DNA of 64,000 bases from positions 3,857 to 67,856 of the forward strand of contig JBDRML010000001.1 of NCBI GenBank assembly GCA_043812195.1. Direction: 5' to 3'. Origin of the DNA: Candidatus Woesearchaeota archaeon. Lineage in GTDB: Archaea > Nanobdellota > Nanobdellia > SCGC-AAA011-G17 > PNOQ01. The notes beneath the pieces were generated by a model. It had not been told where the DNA came from and ran no database searches. It saw only the letters and a program-made list of their open reading frames with translations. The stretch's first letter is position 1. Each line of letters begins with the position of its first letter. Position numbers and translations under genes: made by a program. This document shows, one piece after another, positions 56,677-64,000 of this stretch.

Positions 56677-59600
56677 ATGGAAAAAAAATATAGTGAAGAC
56701 CTAAGTAATTTGTTATCAACTTCAAGAATACTTTCAAAATTATTGGGTTTTGATGATCAACATCAAATACTGAAAAAATTTAATGATGCTAATTTAACAT
56801 ATGATTTTTTAGAAGGAAAAAGTAATTTAATAGATTTATTAATAGGATATAAAAAAACAAAAGAAATTGATTTAGATATCATAACAGAATCAATGTTGTT
56901 AATGTTTGATGAAAATATAAGAAAACATTTAGATCACATAAATAAGTATAGAGAAGATAAAATAGAACCAAGAAACTTTCAATATCTTGCTTTATTGTTT
57001 TCTGAAATTTTTTTGTATTTTAAATTTAATGAAAATGATTTTTTAGAGATTTTAAATGAGTATGTAGACTTACTAAATAAAAATAGCATTGAAAAATTTG
57101 ATTATTATAAAAAAGAAGATTTAAATAAAATTTGTTTTTGGATGGCGACAGGATCTGGAAAAACAATAATCATGCACATTAACTTCTTACAATACTTACA
57201 TTACAATCCAAAAATAAATAAAATAATTTTAATAACTCCCAATGAAGACATGTCTAAACAACATAAAGATGAATGTGATGAAGATAATATAAACTCTTCA
57301 ATAATTGACAGTTCAAATTTAAGATATTCGTCACTCAAAAACTCCATAAATATTTTTGATATAAATAAAATTAAAGATAAATCCGAAAAAATAACAAAAA
57401 ACAAAGGGAAGACAATAGATTACAAATCATTTGGAAAAAATAATTTAATTCTTGTTGATGAAGGGCATAGAGGTTCAAAGGGAGATAAGTGGATGAAATT
57501 AAGAAAAGGAATTTCAGAAGAAGGTTTTACCTTTGAATATAGTGCAACATATAATGATTTCCTTGATGAAAAAAATAAAAATAACACAGATGATTACAAA
57601 AGAACAATTATTTTTGATTTTTCATATAAGTATTTTTATCATGAAGGCTACGGCAAAGATTATGATATTTCATATGTAACTGAGAAAGATAAATATACCA
57701 ATAAGATGAGAGAATATATAATGTTGGGGAATCTATTAAGTTTTTATGAACAAAAAAAATACTTTAAAGAATATAACAAAGAATTAGAAGATTTCAATAT
57801 TGAAGATCCATTATGGTTGTTGGTTGGTTCAAGAGTAAAAGAAGATAATAAGTTAGATGGCACAACAAAATCAGATATTGCAAAATTTGTATATTTTTTA
57901 AATGAACTAACGAACGAAGGATTAGACGAAAAAATAGAAAAAATATTGACTCAAAAAACCGGAGTAAAAAAGAAAAATACCAACAAAGATATTTTTACAA
58001 ACAGATATAATTACTTGAGAGAACTATTAAAAAATAGATTCAATGAAAACTATTCTAAATTGATTGATGATATTTTTAAAGTTGTTTTCTATGCAACACC
58101 AAATTCTGATCTAATTTTAACAGATATAAAAAATGGAGAGGGGGAATTAGCATTGAGTTACTCAAGTGGAAAAAAACCATTTGGTTTAATTTATGTTGGC
58201 AAGGGAAGTGAAAAGGACTTGATTAAAAAAATTAGTGAGAATCATAAAAATATAAGAAAAGAAAGTGATAAAATTGGTAATTCTTTATTTCCTAGTCTAA
58301 AAGAAACAAAGGAAGAAATCTATCCACTTAATTTATTAATTGGTGCAAAAAAATTTATAGAAGGGTGGAATAATTTTAGAGTTTCTTCAATATTACTCCT
58401 TAACTTTGCAAAGGGTGCGGGTGCATCAGCAATTCAATTATTTGGAAGAGGAATAAGATTGAGGGGATATGATCGTAGTTTAAAAAGATCTGGTTTTAAT
58501 AATATTGAAGCACCAAAGAATATTAAAATAATAGAGACACTAAACATTTATGGGATTGAAGCTCACTATATGCAAAAATTTCTAGATGATATTGGAACAG
58601 ATTTAGAAATTACTAGCACAATTGAAAAAGACATACAAGTAATCCCAGATAAATACGGATTAAAAAAAGAATTCGGAAAAGAGTTGTACTACATAGATAA
58701 CCCCACAGAAAAAGAAGTAGAGTTGACAAATAGATTAACAATATGTGGTTTGAAAAAGATGCAAATAACTTTAGATACGTATAATTATGGTATGTCTTCA
58801 AAATCTAAAGGAATTAGCAAAGAAGAAGCAAAAGAAAAAAAACAAACAGTTTCTAAACAAACATACTATAATAACTTTAAAGATTTTATAGATTGGAATG
58901 AAATATACTCAAATGTATTAGAATACAAAAGAAATGTCGGTTCTAGACAAACAACAAATAATTATTATTCGAATTTCTATATTGATGGAATAGATGATTT
59001 GAAAAATGTATTTGAGAATAAAGATATAGCGATAACTGTATACGGGGAAGAAAAGGAATTTTATATGGATAATAAATCTATAAAAGAATTGTATGAAATG
59101 AGAGAGAAAATCCAGAACATATATACTGACATAATTAAAAAATTGATAAAGTTAACTCATACTGCAAAAATAAGAGGTAAAACAGAAGCAGCATATAAAT
59201 TGACTAAATTAGAAGATAAACACATGATTGATGATTATAAATTAATAATTGAACTAAAAGAAAATAAAGTGTTGGCGGAAGATCTTGGTTTAAAAAATAT
59301 TTTCGATAAATTCATTGAAAAAGAAAGAATATTAGATTTAGAGGATGATGAATTAAATGACTTTGTAGAAAAAGAACAAGATAAAAAAGAGTTTATATTA
59401 AAATTTAATAAACATTTATATTTTCCTCTTTTAGTTTCTCATGAAAAAGAAAAATATTCTTTGTCTCCAAAAGGTTTGATTTCTTCCGAAGAATCTTTTG
59501 TAAGAAAACTAAAAAAATACATTGAAACTAATGAGAAATCGATAAAAAATAAAAAAGTGATGTTGTTGAGAAATCATGAAAATAAAGGCATAGGATTTTA

Positions 59601-59934
59601 TATGAAAACAAAAAAATTCTATTATGACTTTATTTTATGGGTGATTGATGAAAATGAAAAACAAAAAATATCATTTATAGATCCAAAGGGATTAGTTCAT
59701 GGGGATGAAGAAAAAGAAGAATTCAACAAAAATGAAATAAAAAAAATAGAAGAAAAAATCAAAGAAAAAGAAAATAAGGATTTTGAATTGCTTACATATA
59801 TTATAACTCCAACGTCAAAAGAGGATATAGCTAGTGCCATGATAAGAGAAGATCCGATTGGCTCAAATGTTTATTTAGAAGAAGATATTTACGATTTATT
59901 TAATAAACTGTTTGAGATTAATCAAGAAGATTAG
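56677..59934 (+). CDS. Type III restriction Res-like subunit (SF2 helicase + C-terminal PD-(D/E)xK)
   Basis: MATGSGKT, LVDEGHRG, QLFGRGIRL; C-terminal ...VIDENEKQKISFIDPKG; start is 2 nt after the Mod stop. Confidence 0.7.
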   Translation: MEKKYSEDLSNLLSTSRILSKLLGFDDQHQILKKFNDANLTYDFLEGKSNLIDLLIGYKKTKEIDLDIITESMLLMFDENIRKHLDHINKYREDKIEPRNFQYLALLFSEIFLYFKFNENDFLEILNEYVDLLNKNSIEKFDYYKKEDLNKICFWMATGSGKTIIMHINFLQYLHYNPKINKIILITPNEDMSKQHKDECDEDNINSSIIDSSNLRYSSLKNSINIFDINKIKDKSEKITKNKGKTIDYKSFGKNNLILVDEGHRGSKGDKWMKLRKGISEEGFTFEYSATYNDFLDEKNKNNTDDYKRTIIFDFSYKYFYHEGYGKDYDISYVTEKDKYTNKMREYIMLGNLLSFYEQKKYFKEYNKELEDFNIEDPLWLLVGSRVKEDNKLDGTTKSDIAKFVYFLNELTNEGLDEKIEKILTQKTGVKKKNTNKDIFTNRYNYLRELLKNRFNENYSKLIDDIFKVVFYATPNSDLILTDIKNGEGELALSYSSGKKPFGLIYVGKGSEKDLIKKISENHKNIRKESDKIGNSLFPSLKETKEEIYPLNLLIGAKKFIEGWNNFRVSSILLLNFAKGAGASAIQLFGRGIRLRGYDRSLKRSGFNNIEAPKNIKIIETLNIYGIEAHYMQKFLDDIGTDLEITSTIEKDIQVIPDKYGLKKEFGKELYYIDNPTEKEVELTNRLTICGLKKMQITLDTYNYGMSSKSKGISKEEAKEKKQTVSKQTYYNNFKDFIDWNEIYSNVLEYKRNVGSRQTTNNYYSNFYIDGIDDLKNVFENKDIAITVYGEEKEFYMDNKSIKELYEMREKIQNIYTDIIKKLIKLTHTAKIRGKTEAAYKLTKLEDKHMIDDYKLIIELKENKVLAEDLGLKNIFDKFIEKERILDLEDDELNDFVEKEQDKKEFILKFNKHLYFPLLVSHEKEKYSLSPKGLISSEESFVRKLKKYIETNEKSIKNKKVMLLRNHENKGIGFYMKTKKFYYDFILWVIDENEKQKISFIDPKGLVHGDEEKEEFNKNEIKKIEEKIKEKENKDFELLTYIITPTSKEDIASAMIREDPIGSNVYLEEDIYDLFNKLFEINQED

Positions 59935-60625
59935 CTTCTCTAAAACTATAATAATTCCTTTTATGCTGATCGCCAATAATAATATGGTCACTTAATTTTA
60001 TGTCAAATAATTCACCTATTTTTTTCAAACGATTTGTAATTCTTCTATCATCCGTAGAAGGTTTAGAATCTCCAGAAGGATGATTATGAACTAATATTAT
60101 AGAATTAGCACTTTCTTTTATTGCTTCTTTAAAAACTTCTCTAGGATGCACCAAACTACTGTCTAAAGTGCCTATAGAAATAACTTTTTCTTTAATAACC
60201 TTGTTTTTAGTATCTAAATATAAACATAATAAATATTCTTTTTTCTTACTTCCATACTTATCTATAAAATAATCATAAACATCCTTAGCACTTCTAATAT
60301 ATCTTTTATAACCTTTATTTTTTAATCTATTATGCCTTTTACTTAGCTCTATCAGACTCTGCAATTTCATAACCTTCATAAAATCTGGATGATCTGCCCT
60401 CTTGCCTTTACAAATAAAATTGACCAACTCTCTGTACCCAAGATGCTCAATCTCATCTAACTTATATTTTTTTAAAATTCTATTGCTGATCTCTAAAGAA
60501 TTATCTTCTTTTGTATTATCCCAAAATAAGATAGATAATAACTCCACATCATCTAAACTTTCAACGCCATTTTTTGTCAGTTTAAACTTAGGAAGGTTAT
60601 ACCAGGGAATATCACTATTTTTCAT
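59918..60625 (-). CDS. radC: RadC-family JAB-domain protein
   Basis: ELLSILF... plus JAMM motif HNHPSGDSKPSTDD. Confidence 0.8.
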   Translation of the reverse strand: MKNSDIPWYNLPKFKLTKNGVESLDDVELLSILFWDNTKEDNSLEISNRILKKYKLDEIEHLGYRELVNFICKGKRADHPDFMKVMKLQSLIELSKRHNRLKNKGYKRYIRSAKDVYDYFIDKYGSKKKEYLLCLYLDTKNKVIKEKVISIGTLDSSLVHPREVFKEAIKESANSIILVHNHPSGDSKPSTDDRRITNRLKKIGELFDIKLSDHIIIGDQHKRNYYSFREANLLD

Positions 60626-60918
60626 AAGATTTTAGAAACCTAAACCAGTTTATATAAATTTATGAGAAGAAATAGCAACTAAATGATCATCTTTAAATAT
60701 CCCAAAAACAATATACTCTCATGTTAGATGAAGAAACAATCAAATCATTAAAAAAAGAATGGTTAAACAGACTACAAAACAAAGGCGGAATAATCTACAA
60801 ATATATTCAAGAAGAATTAATAGACTCTTTTATTGAAGATATTAAAACTCCCAATTGATATAATTTAAGCATATAATAAAACTTATAAACCAAGAAAAAA
60901 CACGTAAAAACAGTAAAT

Positions 60919-61641
60919 ATGGTAAAAAAACACACATCCGGATTCGCAATCGCTTCCTTAATTTTGGGACTCCTAGGTGTATGGGGGATAGGTTCAATTT
61001 TAGCTATAATTTTTGGAGCTGTAGCACTAAACCAGATAAAAAAAGACAAAAATCTGGGAGGGGAAGGAATGGCAAAATGGGGATTAGCTTTAGGGATTAT
61101 AGGTCTTATAGTCTATACTATAATATTTGCTAGCCTTGGAACTCTTTTTGGAATTGGTAGTTTAATTTCAGCAACTGATGCAACAGGTTATGCTGTTGTA
61201 GATAATAGTGAAAATTCAGAAATTAAAGATTCAGAAATTTCAACAAAACAACAAGAGGACCAACCAGAAGAAAATGAGCCTGAACAAAAAATTAAGAGCG
61301 CAACAATAAATATTGATAAAGTTCAAATCCAATTAGCCAACTTATATCCAATTAGAGTTACTGTGGCAAACACAGGAGATGTAACTGTCCGTCCAAAATT
61401 TGATATTTATGTTTATGATTCCGGAGATAATGAAGTTTGTTATGGCAGTCCAATGATAGATGAATTTACTAGTATTTATTCTGGCAATGACAAAACTGGA
61501 GAATTGACTCTAATGGGTTGTATGTTTACTAAAGATGGAACTTATACTCTAAAAATAGAATTATTAGACTCTGACTATAATAAATTAGATACAGATACAA
61601 AAGACTTTTCAGTTGATTATTGGGACCAATTTAATCTATAA
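60919..61641 (+). CDS. DUF4190-like membrane protein with extracellular C-terminal domain
   Basis: FAIASLILGLLGVWGIGSILAIIFGAVALNQIKKD pattern. Confidence 0.5.
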   Translation: MVKKHTSGFAIASLILGLLGVWGIGSILAIIFGAVALNQIKKDKNLGGEGMAKWGLALGIIGLIVYTIIFASLGTLFGIGSLISATDATGYAVVDNSENSEIKDSEISTKQQEDQPEENEPEQKIKSATINIDKVQIQLANLYPIRVTVANTGDVTVRPKFDIYVYDSGDNEVCYGSPMIDEFTSIYSGNDKTGELTLMGCMFTKDGTYTLKIELLDSDYNKLDTDTKDFSVDYWDQFNL

Positions 61642-61698
61642 AAGAGATGTGAAGTACTTTAGATCACCAACAACATTTAAAAACATAAATATTCACTT

Positions 61699-62514
61699 AT
61701 GATTATGACAAATCTAAAAATTCCTGAAAAAATAAGAAATTTAGACAATATGTTCTGGAAGAATAGAAGATTATTCAAAAAAAAAGTGAAAAATATTAAC
61801 AAAATATTTGAACTAAAGAAAAATAATGATTTGTTCAAAGATGATCATCCGCCAACATTTTTCAGTGGAAACATACACTCAAAAAAAATAAAATATATCT
61901 TCATTGGATTAAATCCAGGTTATAATGAGGAACATAACAAAAAAGAGTATAATTGGAGAAAAAATAGCAAAGAAAAATCTAAAAAACAAATGGAAGATTG
62001 CATAAATTTATTTGAGTATTTTTATGAAAATAAATGGCCAGGATATTATACAAGAATATTAAATATAGTAAAAGATTTTTCAAAAAAAGAGAAAAAGAAA
62101 GAAAGGTATGAATACTGTAAAAAATATCTAATCAACATCGATGCTTTCCCATTTCATTCAAAAAGTTTTAAAATTAAGATAGATAACTTAACCCCTCAAC
62201 AATATATAGAATTTTTTAAATACTGGAATTCTTCAAAAGAACTTATTAAAATGATTAAATCTAAATATATAATAATTTTTGGAAAAGCAAATTTGAAGCT
62301 TTTTATGATGGACCCATCAATAGACAAAACAAAATTAAAACTTATAAAAAAATTTAAAAAAGAAAGAGGGGGATTTGTGCATATTTACAAAATTATCTTT
62401 GCTGATAAAAAAACAATATTAGTAGACACATTTTTAGGGGGTGGAAAAAATATGTCCTTGAACAAGAAAAATATTAAAGAAATTAGCAATTATATAAGAA
62501 GTATATTAAAATAA
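61699..62514 (+). CDS. hypothetical protein
   Basis: ORF track. Confidence 0.4.
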   Translation: MIMTNLKIPEKIRNLDNMFWKNRRLFKKKVKNINKIFELKKNNDLFKDDHPPTFFSGNIHSKKIKYIFIGLNPGYNEEHNKKEYNWRKNSKEKSKKQMEDCINLFEYFYENKWPGYYTRILNIVKDFSKKEKKKERYEYCKKYLINIDAFPFHSKSFKIKIDNLTPQQYIEFFKYWNSSKELIKMIKSKYIIIFGKANLKLFMMDPSIDKTKLKLIKKFKKERGGFVHIYKIIFADKKTILVDTFLGGGKNMSLNKKNIKEISNYIRSILK

Positions 62515-62560
62515 CTCTTACAATAAAAAATCTTGTTTCCTCAAATTAAAAACAATTAAT

Positions 62561-63016
62561 CTAAATATTTTGAATTTGTTTTTCAAATCCATATTTTAAA
62601 ATCACTCCTTGTAAATTAGATTTGGTAATACTAACACCCCACTCAGGTTCACTCTTTTTTCCATTATAGTCATTCCCAACTAGGAAAGAAGAAGGTTTAT
62701 TCTCCCAATCTAAAGATGGTACGAGGAGCGATATTGGTTCCTTCCCATTCTCAAATAAAACTAATGCAAGCAATAGATTTTTACTAAGATGAAAATGTTT
62801 CTTTTTCATAAATGTATAATTATAATTTCTTACAGATTTAACTTGGATATCAAAATACTCATCTTTATTTTCCCTTACAATAAAATCTATACCTTTATCA
62901 TCTATTTCTGAAGAATAAACATCAAAACCAAGCTTTGTAAACTCCATTTTAGCAAAATATTCTCCAAATCTCCTTAATTGTAAGTGGTTTAAATCAGACC
63001 ATTTATTATTTGGCAT
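62561..63016 (-). CDS. PD-(D/E)xK-like nuclease-fold protein
   Basis: GIDFIV ... FDIQVKS motif spacing; weak. Confidence 0.35.
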   Translation of the reverse strand: MPNNKWSDLNHLQLRRFGEYFAKMEFTKLGFDVYSSEIDDKGIDFIVRENKDEYFDIQVKSVRNYNYTFMKKKHFHLSKNLLLALVLFENGKEPISLLVPSLDWENKPSSFLVGNDYNGKKSEPEWGVSITKSNLQGVILKYGFEKQIQNI

Positions 63017-63055
63017 AAAATTGCTATAATCATCAAATATAAATAACTTCCACTC

Positions 63056-63090
63056 TCAAAAGAGAGCGCGAGAAACCTCTCGCTTACTAA
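63056..63090 (-). repeat. palindromic cassette-boundary repeat, copy 19 (inverted orientation)
   Basis: reverse complement reads GTTAGTAAGCGAGAGGTTTCTCGCGCTCTCTTTTGA; abuts the truncated radC copy. Confidence 0.85.
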
Positions 63091-63587
63091 CAACAATCTC
63101 TAGGATGTACTAAACTACTATTCAAAGTCCCCACACTAACAACTTCTTCTTTAATAATTCTATTTTTAGTATCTAAACACAAACAAATAAAATACTCTTT
63201 CTTCTTATTTCCATATCTATCTCTTAATAACAAATAAACATCTTTAGCACTTCTAATAACTCTTTTATACCCATTATTTTTAGTTTTATTATATCTTTTA
63301 CTTAACTCAATCAAACTTAATAATTTCATAAGTTTCACATAATCTTTAGTTTCAACTTTATTTCTTTTATTTTTAATAAAATCTAAAATTTCCCTATTTC
63401 CCAATTCATCTATTTCATTTAAATTATAATTTTTAAGCAGTCTATTGCTTAATTCTAAAGCAGATTCACCTTTTTCCCCAATTCCAAAGATAATAGACAA
63501 TAATTCCGCACTATCTAAAGATTCAGCCCCATTTTTAAGAATTTTTGAACTAGGTCTGTTATAATTTGGAAGATCAAAGATTTTCAT
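63087..63587 (-). pseudogene. truncated second copy of radC (lacks the JAMM catalytic region)
   Basis: N-terminal 160 aa is paralogous to 59918..60625, including ~65 bp of shared 5' flank (ttcataaga(g/t)tttagaaacctaaaccagtttatataaatttatgagaagaaatagcaactaaa); the ORF ends exactly at the repeat. Confidence 0.6.
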
Positions 63588-63652
63588 AAGAGTTTAGAAA
63601 CCTAAACCAGTTTATATAAATTTATGAGAAGAAATAGCAACTAAAAAATCAG

Positions 63653-63982
63653 TCACTTAAACTTCGCGTTCTTATTTCCCAAAATTGTTTGTCCTTGCAT
63701 ATTATTCCATAATACCATCATAGAAGCCATCGTACAAGGTTCCTTTTCAACTTTCATCAATTTCATCATATTCTTCTTCATCATATTCAAAGATTTGTCA
63801 AAAGCATCTTCAGCTCTATTCCCTTTTAATAAAGAAATAGCTATTAAATTAGAAGGTTCAAGAAATAATTTTGCAGTTTTATCATTAAGTGGTTTAGCAG
63901 ACCATCTTTCATCAATCAAAAAACTAAAGGGAGTTCTATACCCAATAAAACACCCTTTCTTTCCAATGCAATTTTCTCCCAA
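63653..63982 (-). CDS. hypothetical protein
   Basis: ORF track; close to the window edge. Confidence 0.3.
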   Translation of the reverse strand: MGENCIGKKGCFIGYRTPFSFLIDERWSAKPLNDKTAKLFLEPSNLIAISLLKGNRAEDAFDKSLNMMKKNMMKLMKVEKEPCTMASMMVLWNNMQGQTILGNKNAKFK

Positions 63983-64000
63983 AGAAAGACCAGAATAACA

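Overview
This is an AT-rich (~28-30% GC), gene-dense window that looks archaeal. The evidence is RadB, a PAC2 proteasome-assembly chaperone, a TBP-type domain, TATA-like boxes about 25 nt upstream of start codons, inteins, and a type IA topoisomerase with zinc ribbons. The overall character resembles a small-genome DPANN-like archaeon, but that is inference. Housekeeping genes I can support are serS, topA, radB, a tRNA-Lys(CUU), a MacB-like ABC exporter operon, a GT2 glycosyltransferase and PAC2. There are four notable regions. (1) Positions 1-9.8 kb next to tRNA-Lys look plasmid- or virus-like: a short tyrosine recombinase, an HNH endonuclease, a Zot-like P-loop ATPase, several wHTH regulators and iteron-like 11-bp repeats. 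(2) A ~26 kb block (22.55-48.35 kb) is cut into 1-6-gene cassettes by 18 same-orientation copies of a conserved ~30-37 bp palindromic element with consensus GTAAGCGAGAGGTGTCTCGCGCTCTCTTTTAGATAAG. Some copies carry a ~60-320 bp 5' extension identical to the 3' end of an intein-containing XPD-like helicase gene. The cassettes encode secreted proteins and lipoproteins, a RelE/AbrB toxin-antitoxin pair, a single-repeat TBP-like protein, gene fragments, and two paralogous modules of radical-SAM/SPASM maturase, Cys-rich precursor peptide and HExxH protein. This is an integron-like, REP-punctuated cassette array with no integrase visible next to it. (3) At 50.3-59.9 kb there is a translationally coupled operon: a UvrD-helicase/Cas4-like nuclease fusion, a beta-class Type III Mod methyltransferase with a ~430 aa N-terminal extension, and a Type III Res helicase-nuclease. 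A Rossmann+wHTH regulator sits just upstream. (4) A duplicated radC locus whose second copy is truncated by an inverted copy of the same palindromic element at 63.06 kb. No rRNA genes or CRISPR arrays were seen.
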